The position numbers were made by a program, and so were the translations under genes. From Gemmatimonadota bacterium (GTDB lineage Bacteria > Gemmatimonadota > Gemmatimonadetes > Gemmatimonadales > Gemmatimonadaceae), in contig JAZJZK010000030.1 of assembly GCA_040389905.1 (NCBI GenBank), forward strand, positions 1 to 64,000: DNA of 64,000 nt, read 5' to 3'. Under the pieces are notes generated by a model. That model worked only from the letters and a program-made list of their open reading frames with translations, was not told the origin of the DNA and ran no database searches. Positions 19,382 to 29,381 of this stretch are shown piece by piece (positions within the stretch are counted from its first letter, which is position 1; each line of letters starts with the position of its first letter).

Positions 19382-20464
19382 ATGCCCAACTCCACTCGCC
19401 CCGAAGACCAGCCCACTGAGCCCGACTGGGATGCGCTCGCGCGTCTCCTTTCTGGCGATGGAACGGCGGACGAGATCGCGGCCGCCGAACGGGACCTCAG
19501 GGCGAACGCGGAGCACGCCGCCTTCATCGACGTGCTGTCCGATGCGGTCAGGCGTCCCGATCCCGCTCCACCGACCGACGCGGAAGTGAACGTCGCGCTC
19601 GCTCGCGTTCTCGCGCGAAGTGCAGCGCTGGGTACGACAGCATCCGCGCCGGTGCCGACGCCTGTCGTTTCGCTCGACGCGTTCAGCTCACGTTGGGGCG
19701 GCGCGCGGCTTCGTGCGGCGGCGGCAATTCTGGTCGTGGTCGGTGCAGGCGTGGTCTGGCGCGCCGCACAAGGCCCAACTCCGGCCGGCGCCCCCCAACT
19801 CGCGCAGACACATTTTTCGACGGCAGTCGGCGGCCTCGATTCATTGAACCTTCCCGACGGCACTCGCGTCCTCCTCGGGCCCGGCAGCGACCTGACGCTG
19901 GCAGGCGGATTCGGCGGATCGTCGCGGGAATTGACCCTGCGCGGCGAGGCACGCTTCAACGTCCGGCACGACGAAGCGCATCCGTTCGTGGTGCACACCG
20001 CGGCCGCCACATTCCGCGACGTCGGGACTGTCTTTGCCATTCACAGCGATTCTGCCGATGGCTCGCGTATTGTCGTGACCGAGGGCGCGGTCGCGGTGCA
20101 AGGTGCCGCGGGGCGAGAAAGCGTGACGCTCGGCGCCGGTGACAAGGCGGCCATCACAAGCGGCGGTTCACTCGACGTGTCGCGCTCGGCTGCGACGAGT
20201 GACGACGTCGCGTGGACTACCGGACGGCTGATCTTCAACGACGCGCCAATGGCGCAGGTCGGTGCCGACCTCAAACGATGGTTCGGAATCGACCTTCGCG
20301 TCGATGAAAAAATGGCGTCGCGGAAAGTGCGCGTCGCGTTCGAGCGCGCCGATGCAGTGGAAGATGTGGGCCGGGTTCTTGCCGCCACGCTTGGTGGCGG
20401 TGTGCGGGTTGAGGGAACGACCATCACTATCGTCTCAGCGCCGACGGCACAGCCGCCGAAGTAA
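19382..20464 (+). CDS. fecR: FecR-family anti-sigma/transmembrane sensor
   Basis: Single TM; LPDGTRVLLGPGS, LRGEARFNV, PFVVHT, VGTVF, AWTTGRLIF motifs. Confidence 0.85.
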   Translation: MPNSTRPEDQPTEPDWDALARLLSGDGTADEIAAAERDLRANAEHAAFIDVLSDAVRRPDPAPPTDAEVNVALARVLARSAALGTTASAPVPTPVVSLDAFSSRWGGARLRAAAAILVVVGAGVVWRAAQGPTPAGAPQLAQTHFSTAVGGLDSLNLPDGTRVLLGPGSDLTLAGGFGGSSRELTLRGEARFNVRHDEAHPFVVHTAAATFRDVGTVFAIHSDSADGSRIVVTEGAVAVQGAAGRESVTLGAGDKAAITSGGSLDVSRSAATSDDVAWTTGRLIFNDAPMAQVGADLKRWFGIDLRVDEKMASRKVRVAFERADAVEDVGRVLAATLGGGVRVEGTTITIVSAPTAQPPK

Positions 20465-23025
20465 TGGCGTCGGCACATCGCCGGCGATTACGTTGTTTGT
20501 ACACAATGCGCATCCCTGACCCGATTCGCTGCATCACATTTGTGATGATGGCTGCCGTCATCGCCACCGCACCCGCCGCTGCCCAGCGCGGGTGCGATGA
20601 GCGTTCCGAGATGCCGGCGCCCGAAGGCGGATGGCAGGTCCCGCTGGAGCATCGGGTGTCGCTCAAGCTGCGTGATGTGTCCCTCCGCGACGCGCTCGAT
20701 CGCGTCACGGCGCTCTCCGGTGTCCAGCTCGCGTACTCGAGCGACCTGTTGCAACTCGACCAGCGTGTGTGCGTCACCGCCGATCGTGAGCCGGTGGGGT
20801 CGATTCTGACGCGGCTGCTCCGCACCTCGCCGGTTCACGTCCAGGTTGTTGCGGGACGAGTCGTCCTTGCTCCTGCCGTGCTCCGTACGGCGCCAGCCGA
20901 GACGGCGCGCGGGGTGAGCGTACTCGAGCGCGTCGTCGTGACGGGCAATGCCGTACCGTCGCCGAGGCGGCCGCTGACCATGGGCGTCGAGGTGATCGAC
21001 GGTGAAACGTTGCGACGCCAGGCACTCGGCTCCATGGCAGAACTGCTGGACGCCGCCGTTCCTGGAGTCTGGTCGTGGTCGCAATCGCCGTCGACGATGG
21101 TCGCCCAGTACGGCGGCATTCGCGGGGCAAGTTCGTTTTCGTCGAGCGCTCCAAAGATCTACGTCGACGGGATTGAAGTGGCGAATCCACTCATCGTCAC
21201 CCAGGTCAATCCCGACGTCATCGATCGCGTGGAAGTCATCCGGGGTCCGCAGGGTTCCGCGCTGTACGGCTCCGATGCGATCAGCGGCGTCGTCAACATC
21301 ATCACCCGGCACGATGGGGGCGCACTCGCGTCTCCGTCGATTCAGTTTCGCAGCGTGGCCGGCGCCGCGAATAGCGATTATGCGTCGAGCCTTGTCCCGA
21401 CGCACGAAGAACGCCTCAACGTGCGCCTCGGAACGAACATCAAGTCGGCGGGTCTCGCCGTCGCCTTCGGCCAGACGGGTGCGCTCTATCCGTCGTCGGA
21501 AAGCCGGCAGCTCACGGCCTCCACCGACGGACGGCTGGTTGCCTCGCGCATGACACTGAGCGGCTCGGCGCGGCTCTTCGACAAACGCGCCGGCATCGGA
21601 CAGAATCCGACGCTGCCGCTGCAACTCGCTCAACAGGGGCCCGGACCGAGCGCGCCCCCAGGTCCGTCGAGTTCCACCAACCAGCAGGTGCTTCAGGAAT
21701 ACACGCTGTCAACGAACGCCGCCGTTGCCACGGAAGGCGCGTGGACGCACACGATTCTCGCGGGCGTTGACGGATACCGCCTCAACCATCTGGGCGACTC
21801 CGCTGGTCCGTTTCCCATCGCGATCGATTCCGCGCTTCGCGCAGCACGCGGGAATGCGGACCGGTACACCGTGCGCGCGAGCAGCGTTGCGCATCTGGGC
21901 AACGACGGCCAGTCCGACGGAACACTGACACTCGGCATCGAACAATCCGTGTTACGGCAAGCGTCGACCGTGACGTCGAGAGAGAATGCGCCCGGGCAGC
22001 ACTATCCCATGGCTGTCGACAACCTCGTCGAGACATGGAATCACAACACCGGGCTGCTTTCGCAGCTCAACATGGCGTGGCGGAATTCGGTGTTCTTCGC
22101 CGGCGGACTGCGCCTCGAACGGAACGACAGCTTCACGGGGTCGAATCGGTATCCGCTGCTGCCAATGGCCGGAGTTGCTGTGGTTCGCGGTATTGGCGAG
22201 GCCGAGTTGAAGTGGCGCGCAGCATACGGCAAAGGCATTCGTCCACCGCTGACGCCGGCGCGTGGTGTGGCGTCCGGCTACGCTGGCGGGCTTCAGAATT
22301 CGCAACTCAACAATGTGCTTCCAGCGCTCGATCCCGAGGTGCAGTCCGGCTTCGAGGGCGGCATGGAGCTCTATCTTGGCCGCACCCTCACGCTCCAATT
22401 GACGCGCTTCGATCAACTGGCGACGGGACTCATCCAGAACGTCGCGATTGGGGTCGACACGTTCTCCCGCGGCGCGCTGACTGAGCGACGCGTCCGGTAC
22501 CAATATCAGAACGTGGGCGAGATCAGCAACACGGGTTGGGAAATACAGGGCAATGCCACACAGGGCGCTTTCTCACTTGCGAGCTCCCTCAGCTCCGTCG
22601 ACAGCCGAGTGCGGGCGACGGCGCTCGGGTATAACGGTGACCTCCGTACCGGCGATCGGATGCTCGCCGTTCCTGCTCGGACCGGAAGCGCAACGCTGTC
22701 ATATCTGGGAGATTCGTGGTTCGCGTCGCTCGGCGCCAATCGCGCGTGGGACTGGGTCAACTACGACCGCGTGGCCCTCACCGAGTCCTATATCTCGTCG
22801 AGTGGGCCACCCATGCGCGACCAGAGTGGAGCGTACTTGCGCTCGTACTGGAAGAAGTATGATGGCGACACGCACGTGCGAATCACCGCGTCGCGCGATC
22901 TCTCACGTGGCGTCGCACTCCTCTTCATTGGTGATAACCTGCTGGGGGGCCAACTTGGCGAACCAGACAACGTGACGATCCGGCCCGGTCGCACCATCAC
23001 TGGCGGAGTTCGGGCGTCGTTCTAG
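20464..23025 (+). CDS. TonB-dependent receptor with N-terminal signalling (STN) domain
   Basis: VVVTG TonB-box-like motif; plug IDRVEVIRGPQGSALYGSDAISGVVNIIT; C-terminal Phe. Exact start uncertain (20464-20545). Confidence 0.9.
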   Translation: MASAHRRRLRCLYTMRIPDPIRCITFVMMAAVIATAPAAAQRGCDERSEMPAPEGGWQVPLEHRVSLKLRDVSLRDALDRVTALSGVQLAYSSDLLQLDQRVCVTADREPVGSILTRLLRTSPVHVQVVAGRVVLAPAVLRTAPAETARGVSVLERVVVTGNAVPSPRRPLTMGVEVIDGETLRRQALGSMAELLDAAVPGVWSWSQSPSTMVAQYGGIRGASSFSSSAPKIYVDGIEVANPLIVTQVNPDVIDRVEVIRGPQGSALYGSDAISGVVNIITRHDGGALASPSIQFRSVAGAANSDYASSLVPTHEERLNVRLGTNIKSAGLAVAFGQTGALYPSSESRQLTASTDGRLVASRMTLSGSARLFDKRAGIGQNPTLPLQLAQQGPGPSAPPGPSSSTNQQVLQEYTLSTNAAVATEGAWTHTILAGVDGYRLNHLGDSAGPFPIAIDSALRAARGNADRYTVRASSVAHLGNDGQSDGTLTLGIEQSVLRQASTVTSRENAPGQHYPMAVDNLVETWNHNTGLLSQLNMAWRNSVFFAGGLRLERNDSFTGSNRYPLLPMAGVAVVRGIGEAELKWRAAYGKGIRPPLTPARGVASGYAGGLQNSQLNNVLPALDPEVQSGFEGGMELYLGRTLTLQLTRFDQLATGLIQNVAIGVDTFSRGALTERRVRYQYQNVGEISNTGWEIQGNATQGAFSLASSLSSVDSRVRATALGYNGDLRTGDRMLAVPARTGSATLSYLGDSWFASLGANRAWDWVNYDRVALTESYISSSGPPMRDQSGAYLRSYWKKYDGDTHVRITASRDLSRGVALLFIGDNLLGGQLGEPDNVTIRPGRTITGGVRASF

Positions 23026-23123
23026 ACTTCCTCGGCGGCGAGACGCATTGAAACGCATGGCGCTTCGATGACGTATTTGAGAAAAAGCGTTCCGCTTGCC
23101 CGAGTGAAACTTCGACCCCCGTC

Positions 23124-23804
23124 ATGATGCAAGAAGCAGGTACTCCCGCGCAGGCAGTTCAGTCAACCGCTAGCAAGACGGGGCAGGTGACGTCGGCGCC
23201 CGCGGGAACTCCGAGCGCAGTCTACAAGGCGTTTCGGGAGCAACGGAGCGAGCTGAAATCCCAGCTCGAAAATCTGGAAGAGAAGCGGTCGGAAATCCGG
23301 CGAGAGATGCGGACGGAAGGAATCAACGCCGTGGACAAGTCCGGGTTGGAGACGCGCATTGTCGAGATCGACAAGCGAATTGCGGACGTCGAAAAACAAG
23401 TTGCGGTCGCGGAATCAAATGTCTCGCAGGCTGCCGGCGTTCCCGGCGCGATCGTCGAGCCACCGCGCTACGTGCGGCAGGGTCCGCCCGAAGAGGTCTT
23501 CGTGTTGGGTGGCTTGTTCATCGTCGTCGTGCTGCTGCCGCTCACGATTGCGTACGCGCGCAGGATCTGGCGCCGCGGCGCGGCGGCGGCCATCGCGTTC
23601 CCACAGGAGCTCGCGGATCGGTTGAGCCGGCTCGACCAGGCGGTCGATTCGATTGCGGTCGAGGTCGAGCGCATCGGTGAAGGGCAGCGTTTCGTCACGC
23701 GCGTGATGTCCGAGACCGGGAAGTCGCTTGGCGCCGGGGCTGCACGCCCGCTCGACCTGAGCATCGGCGAGAAAGCACGCATTCCGCGCGAAGGGGAACG
23801 CTGA
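23124..23804 (+). CDS. Coiled-coil membrane hypothetical protein
   Basis: Coiled coil, one TM, C-terminal AVDSIAVEVERIGEGQRFVT. Confidence 0.75.
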   Translation: MMQEAGTPAQAVQSTASKTGQVTSAPAGTPSAVYKAFREQRSELKSQLENLEEKRSEIRREMRTEGINAVDKSGLETRIVEIDKRIADVEKQVAVAESNVSQAAGVPGAIVEPPRYVRQGPPEEVFVLGGLFIVVVLLPLTIAYARRIWRRGAAAAIAFPQELADRLSRLDQAVDSIAVEVERIGEGQRFVTRVMSETGKSLGAGAARPLDLSIGEKARIPREGER

Positions 23805-24559
23805 GCGCAGCCGTCGCGCTCGCGGCGAGGGGTGTAACCTGCACCTACGGGCGCACCACCGCGCTCGCCGATATTTCGCTGGAGGTCGCGGCGGGATCCG
23901 CCGTCGCACTCGTCGGCGAAAGTGGTTCTGGAAAGACGACACTCCTTCGGTGTTTCAACCGGATGGTCGTGCCCCTGTCGGGCGACGTAATCATCGGCGA
24001 AGTTCGCGTCGGCGACGAGGGTGTCGAGGAACTCCGGCGCCGCGTTGGTTATGTCCCGCAGAACGGAGGCTTGCTCCCCCATTGGCGCGTGCTGCGCAAT
24101 GTGTCGCTCGTGCCTTCGCTGCTTGGCAGCGCCCACGCCGATGCCGACGCGCGTGCGGCCCTCGACCAGGTCGGCCTCGACCCCGTTCGTTTCGGTGACC
24201 GCTTTCCACATGAGCTCTCCGGCGGTCAGCGCCAACGTGTGGCGATCGCGCGAGCGCTCGCGTCGCGGCCGGGTGTGGTTCTCCTGGATGAGCCGTTCGG
24301 GGCGCTCGATGCGATCACGCGGAGCGAAGTGCAGGGCGCGTTCGCGGAAATGCGCCATGCGTTGGAGACGACCACGCTCCTCGTGACCCACGATCTCGCG
24401 GAGGCCGCGCGACTTGCCGACGAGATCGTGGTGATGCGGAACGGCGTCATCGAGCAGCGGGGCACCCTGGGCGATCTTCGCGACACACCGGCGACGCCGT
24501 ACGTGCGGGCACTCGTCGAACGGGCGGAAGCGTCCGTAGCTGGACTGGTGTCGGCGTGA
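23801..24559 (+). CDS. Osmoprotectant ABC transporter ATP-binding subunit
   Basis: Walker A GESGSGKT lies in frame upstream of the ORF-track ATG (23963); LSGGQRQR, LLDEPFGALD. Probable CTG start at 23801. Confidence 0.9.
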   Translation: MSAAVALAARGVTCTYGRTTALADISLEVAAGSAVALVGESGSGKTTLLRCFNRMVVPLSGDVIIGEVRVGDEGVEELRRRVGYVPQNGGLLPHWRVLRNVSLVPSLLGSAHADADARAALDQVGLDPVRFGDRFPHELSGGQRQRVAIARALASRPGVVLLDEPFGALDAITRSEVQGAFAEMRHALETTTLLVTHDLAEAARLADEIVVMRNGVIEQRGTLGDLRDTPATPYVRALVERAEASVAGLVSA

Positions 24560-26154
24560 AGAAGAACAATGCGATGACGGCGCTCGTCTGCGTGCTCGTC
24601 TGCGTGAGCAACGGCGGGGTCGCCGCGCAGGTCCCTCGCGGCGCACCAACGCCCATCGTGATTGCGTCAAAGCCCTTTGGCGAGTCGTACCTGCTCTGCG
24701 AAATGTTCGCACAACTGCTCGAAGCTCGAGGCATCGAGGTCGAGCGCCGGCCGGGACTGGGCGCAACGGAAATCGCCGTCAGCGCACTGCGCACCGGAGC
24801 GATCGACGTGTATCCCGAATACACGGGGACAGGGCTCGTGGCGGTGCTGCACGATACGCTCACCGATTCGCTCGCCGCAGATCCCCGACGAGTATTTGCG
24901 CGGGTGTCCACCGAGTTTCCACGACGGTTCGGACTCCATTGGGCTCCGCCACTCGGTTTTCAGAACACGTATGCGATCGCTGTCACGCGTCCCACAGCTG
25001 ACCGTTACCATTTGCGGACGCTGAGCGACCTCGCGCGCGCCGCCCCACAGTTGACGGCGGGATTCACGGCGGACTTTATCGGTCGGCCGGATGGGCTCGT
25101 GGGGCTGCGTCGAGTGTACGGCCTCGCGCTCAAAGCGGTGCGGCCGCTGGCGCCGGCGGTGAAGTACCAGGCATTGGCGACTGGGGCAGTCGACGTCGTC
25201 GATGGCTACTCGACAGACGGATTGCTCGCCAAGTACGACCTCGTAGTCCTTGCGGACGACCGGCACTTTTTCCCTCCGTACGAGGCGGCTGCTCTTGTGT
25301 CCCGGCGCGTGGGCGCTGCGCGACCCGACGTCATGGGAACGCTCGCGGAATTGAGTGGGCGACTCGACGAGGACACGATGCGACGGCTCAATCGGCGCGT
25401 CGAGGTAGATGGCGTCGCCGTCGCTGTGGTGGCCGCCGGCGCGCTGCGGGATCTCCGGCTCATCGGCGGCGTCACCGCGCCATCGCTCGCATCGGAGAAT
25501 CCGTCTGATTCCTTTCCTGGATACCTGATCGCGCAACGTTCGCAGATTCTGTCGCTCGCGCTCCGGCACTTAGTGCTTGTCCTGGTCGCGCTCTTTGCGG
25601 CCATCGCGATCGGAGTACCAATCGGTCTCGCGCTCGAGCGGTCGCGCGCGCTGGCAGAACCGGTGATCCGCGTGCTGGGCATGATTCAGACGATTCCGAG
25701 CATCGCCCTTCTCGCGTTCATGATTCCATTTCTCGGCGTCGGCGTCGTTCCGGCGATCGTCGCCCTGTGGCTGTACGCGCTGCTGCCGATTGTCCGGGGC
25801 ACGTTCAACGGGGTTCGCGACGCCGACCCGGACGCCGTCGAGGCAGCTGAGGCATTGGGCATGACCGCTCTGCAGCGCCTGATGCAGGTTCGGCTGCCGC
25901 TCGCGGCGCCCGTGATCATGGCGGGGATCCGCACGGCGGCGGTGATCACAGTCGGGACGGCGACGCTTGCGGCGTTCATCGGGGCGGGGGGGCTGGGAGA
26001 GCCGATCGTCGCGGGGCTGTCACTTGCGGATTCGAGGATGGTGCTATCGGGGGCGCTTCCGGCGGCGCTACTCGCACTCCTCGTCGACGGGGGGCTCGCG
26101 GTGGCAGAAAGAGTGGTGGCGCCGGCGCACCTCCGTTCGTCCGCTCGGCTTTGA
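24556..26154 (+). CDS. Fused glycine-betaine/osmoprotectant ABC substrate-binding protein and permease
   Basis: SKPFGES, IDVYPEYTGT, DDRHFFPPY, QTIPSIALL, EAAEALGM, AAFIGAGGLG. Confidence 0.9.
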   Translation: MKKNNAMTALVCVLVCVSNGGVAAQVPRGAPTPIVIASKPFGESYLLCEMFAQLLEARGIEVERRPGLGATEIAVSALRTGAIDVYPEYTGTGLVAVLHDTLTDSLAADPRRVFARVSTEFPRRFGLHWAPPLGFQNTYAIAVTRPTADRYHLRTLSDLARAAPQLTAGFTADFIGRPDGLVGLRRVYGLALKAVRPLAPAVKYQALATGAVDVVDGYSTDGLLAKYDLVVLADDRHFFPPYEAAALVSRRVGAARPDVMGTLAELSGRLDEDTMRRLNRRVEVDGVAVAVVAAGALRDLRLIGGVTAPSLASENPSDSFPGYLIAQRSQILSLALRHLVLVLVALFAAIAIGVPIGLALERSRALAEPVIRVLGMIQTIPSIALLAFMIPFLGVGVVPAIVALWLYALLPIVRGTFNGVRDADPDAVEAAEALGMTALQRLMQVRLPLAAPVIMAGIRTAAVITVGTATLAAFIGAGGLGEPIVAGLSLADSRMVLSGALPAALLALLVDGGLAVAERVVAPAHLRSSARL

Positions 26155-26454
26155 GTACGCTACGCCGGACATCAGATGTGACAGGTGCCCAGTGATCAGC
26201 CGCAGCGAACGGAGCAACAGGGGGTGTGGCGTAAGCAGTGCGATGCACCTGATCGCCACACCCCCTGAGAACCTGCAGGCTGCGGCTGACTACTGAGCAC
26301 CTGTCTCATCTGATGTCGGAGCATAACAGTGGTGACCCAGGTGCCGGTCCTTCACTCGCCTGCAAGCGGAAGTACCGGCGGCTTCACCTCGCATTGCTCG
26401 CACACTGTGACCACGTTTATCTGGCCACAGACTGCACCCTAACCTGCTGTTCAC

Positions 26455-28104
26455 ATGAGCCTCGACCCCCACGCCGGCGAGCTACCCGCGCAGGCTAAGC
26501 TCGCGAACGTCCCACGTCTCGTCTCGGCGTACTATACCGAGCGCCCCGATCCGAGCGTCCGGGCACAGCGTGTGAGCTTCGGGACCTCTGGCCACCGCGG
26601 CTCGGCGTTCAATTGCGCGTTCAATGAGTGGCACATCCTCGCGATCACCCAGGCCATTTGCGAGTATCGCGCGACGCAGGGCACGAACGGTCCGCTCTTC
26701 CTCGGCATCGATACGCACGCGCTGTCGGAGCCGGCATATGCCAGTGCGCTCGAAGTCCTCGCTGCCAACGGCGTCGACGTGATGATTGATTCGCGGTCGG
26801 GGTTCACCCCCACGCCAGCGGTATCGCATGCGATTCTCGCGTACAATAAGAATCGCGTCTCCGGCCTTGCGGATGGAATTGTCGTGACGCCGTCGCACAA
26901 TCCGCCGGAGGACGGCGGCTTCAAGTACAACCCGCCGAACGGCGGGCCTGCGGACACGAGCGCCACCGGCTGGATTCAGGAGAAGGCGAATGCGTTCATC
27001 GCCGGCGGCCTCCGGGACGTGCGACGCATGCCGTTCGACCGAGCGAAGCGCTCGGCAACGACGCACCAACACGACTACGTCAATGCGTACGTCGCAGACT
27101 TGCCGAGCGTGATCGATCTCGACGTCATCCGCGAATCGAGTTTGACGCTTGGCGTCGATCCGCTGGGGGGTGCGGGTGTCGCGTATTGGGGAGAGATCGC
27201 GGAGCGCTACAAGTTGCCGCTGACTGTCGTGAGTGATGCGGTCGATCCCACCTTCAGGTTCATGAGCCTCGATTGGGACGGCCGCATCCGCATGGACTGT
27301 TCGTCTCCATACGCGATGCAGCGGTTGATCGGCTCGCGCGAATCGTACGATGTGGCTTGGGCGTGCGACACGGACCACGACCGGCACGGGATCGTCGCGC
27401 GAAGTACGGGTCTCCTCAATCCCAACCACTACCTCGCGGTCAGCAGCTCGTACCTCTTCGCCAATCGCCCGCAGTGGTCGCCCACCGCGGGCATCGGCAA
27501 GACCATCGTGAGCAGCAGCATGATCAACCGCGCTGCTGAACAAATCGGCCGCCGCGTATTGGAGGTGCCCGTCGGCTTCAAGTGGTTTGTCGACGGTCTC
27601 ATGACCGGAGCACTCGGCTTTGTCGGCGAGGAGAGCGCGGGCGCAACGTTCCTCCGTCGCGACGGAACGGTCTGGACGACCGACAAGGACGGCCTGATCC
27701 TTGGACTTCTAGCCGCGGAGATGACCGCCGTGACGGGAAAGGATCCGGGACAGCTCTATACCGACCTTACCGAACGTCTCGGTGCTCCAGTATACGAGCG
27801 GATCGACGCTCCGGCGACTCCGGAGCAGAAGGCGGTACTCGCCAGGCTTTCGCCCGCCGATGTTTCGGCGTCGGAGCTCGCGGGGGAACCAATCACGAGC
27901 CGAATGACGACGGCGCCTGGGAATGGTGCCTCGATTGGCGGCCTGAAGGTCGAGACGCGCGACGGCTGGTTCGCTGCACGACCATCGGGCACCGAAGATG
28001 TCTACAAACTCTACGCCGAGAGCTTCCTCGGTGAGTCGCACCTGCGCCAGATCCAGAGTGAAGGGCAGGAGATCATACAGCGCGCTTTCAACGCCCAGAA
28101 ATGA
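26455..28104 (+). CDS. pgm: Phosphoglucomutase
   Basis: FGTSGHRGS, TPSHNPP, DTDHDR, GEESAG, RPSGTEDVYKLYAES. Confidence 0.97.
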   Translation: MSLDPHAGELPAQAKLANVPRLVSAYYTERPDPSVRAQRVSFGTSGHRGSAFNCAFNEWHILAITQAICEYRATQGTNGPLFLGIDTHALSEPAYASALEVLAANGVDVMIDSRSGFTPTPAVSHAILAYNKNRVSGLADGIVVTPSHNPPEDGGFKYNPPNGGPADTSATGWIQEKANAFIAGGLRDVRRMPFDRAKRSATTHQHDYVNAYVADLPSVIDLDVIRESSLTLGVDPLGGAGVAYWGEIAERYKLPLTVVSDAVDPTFRFMSLDWDGRIRMDCSSPYAMQRLIGSRESYDVAWACDTDHDRHGIVARSTGLLNPNHYLAVSSSYLFANRPQWSPTAGIGKTIVSSSMINRAAEQIGRRVLEVPVGFKWFVDGLMTGALGFVGEESAGATFLRRDGTVWTTDKDGLILGLLAAEMTAVTGKDPGQLYTDLTERLGAPVYERIDAPATPEQKAVLARLSPADVSASELAGEPITSRMTTAPGNGASIGGLKVETRDGWFAARPSGTEDVYKLYAESFLGESHLRQIQSEGQEIIQRAFNAQK

Positions 28105-29225
28105 AAGACCTCACGACTCTCGACGCATTGGACACTCCCGCCCTCGTCGTGGACCTCGACCGCATGGAGCGGAATCTCGCGCGCGCGGCGAGCTACGCTG
28201 CGGAACACGGCCTCGCCCTGCGGCCGCACGTGAAGACGCACAAGTCGTCGCGCGTTGCGTCGCAGCAGATCGCGCTCGGCGCCGTCGGCGTGACGTGTGC
28301 GACGCCCAATGAGGCGCTCGTGATGTCGCAGGTGGCCAATGACATCCTCGTCGCGTACCCGCCCGTTGGTGGAGGACGTGCTGCCAGGCTCGCCGCGCTT
28401 CCGTCCAACGTGCGGCTCACCGTCGCCCTTGATTCAGAGCGTGCGGCAGCCGACATGGCCGCAGCAGCCGAAGCCGCCGCCAGAACAGTTCACGTGTATG
28501 TCGAGCTCGATCTCGGCATGCATCGCGTGGGGTTGCCCGTCGTCGCCGACGCGATCGCACTCGCGAAGCGGGTGCGCAGGGAACCCTCGCTCGAATTCGC
28601 GGGAATCATGTTCTATCCCGGGCACGTCCGCGAGTCGGTCGGCGACCAGGACGCCAAGCTGCACGAGCTTAGGGCATCGCTCCGCACGGCCATCGCCGCC
28701 TTTGTAGCGGAAGGCGTCGCGCCAACGGTCGTGAGTGGCGGCTCGACACCGACGCTCTGGCGGACGCACGAAATCGATGGCGTCACCGAGTTTCGGCCGG
28801 GAACCTACGTCTACAACGATCGGACGACGGCCGCCGTCGGCGCGTGTGGTTGGGACGACTGCGCGCTCACCGTGCTCGCCACCGTGGTGTCGACCGCTGT
28901 TCCGGGCCAGGCGGTGATCGACGCCGGCACCAAGGCACTTGGCCGGGAACCGGTGCGTGGTGCCGCCGGAGAAGGGTTCGGCCAACTGCTCGAGCATCCG
29001 GAGGTCGTTGTCGAGCGGATGTCCGAGGAGCACGGCGTGCTGGACTTGTCGAAGAGTGACTGGCGCCCGCAGGTCGGCGAACGGGTTCACGTCATTCCGA
29101 ACCATGTCTGTATCGTCGTGCACCTCAACGACGTGGCATATGGGGTCCGCCACGGGGGCGTGGAGACGAGCTGGCGGATCGATGCCCGCGGGCGCGGCGA
29201 GGACCCACGCCTTCTGTCGCACTGA
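28101..29225 (+). CDS. PLP-dependent D-threonine aldolase / DSD1-like alanine-racemase-fold enzyme
   Basis: TPALVVDL, LRPHVKTHK, SGGSTP, RPGTYV, SEEHG, IPNHVC. Confidence 0.9.
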   Translation: MKDLTTLDALDTPALVVDLDRMERNLARAASYAAEHGLALRPHVKTHKSSRVASQQIALGAVGVTCATPNEALVMSQVANDILVAYPPVGGGRAARLAALPSNVRLTVALDSERAAADMAAAAEAAARTVHVYVELDLGMHRVGLPVVADAIALAKRVRREPSLEFAGIMFYPGHVRESVGDQDAKLHELRASLRTAIAAFVAEGVAPTVVSGGSTPTLWRTHEIDGVTEFRPGTYVYNDRTTAAVGACGWDDCALTVLATVVSTAVPGQAVIDAGTKALGREPVRGAAGEGFGQLLEHPEVVVERMSEEHGVLDLSKSDWRPQVGERVHVIPNHVCIVVHLNDVAYGVRHGGVETSWRIDARGRGEDPRLLSH

Positions 29226-29381
29226 CTGAAGGGAAGGGCCTGCACCGGCGGTTCGACGCCGTTCCGATGCCATGTGACAATCGTCACTTGCATGTGGCGC
29301 GAGATGGACCATCCTTAACACCATCGCTACTCGAGCGTCGTATCAGGCATCGAGTGGGGTTTCCTCCGAGAGAGAGAGCGC

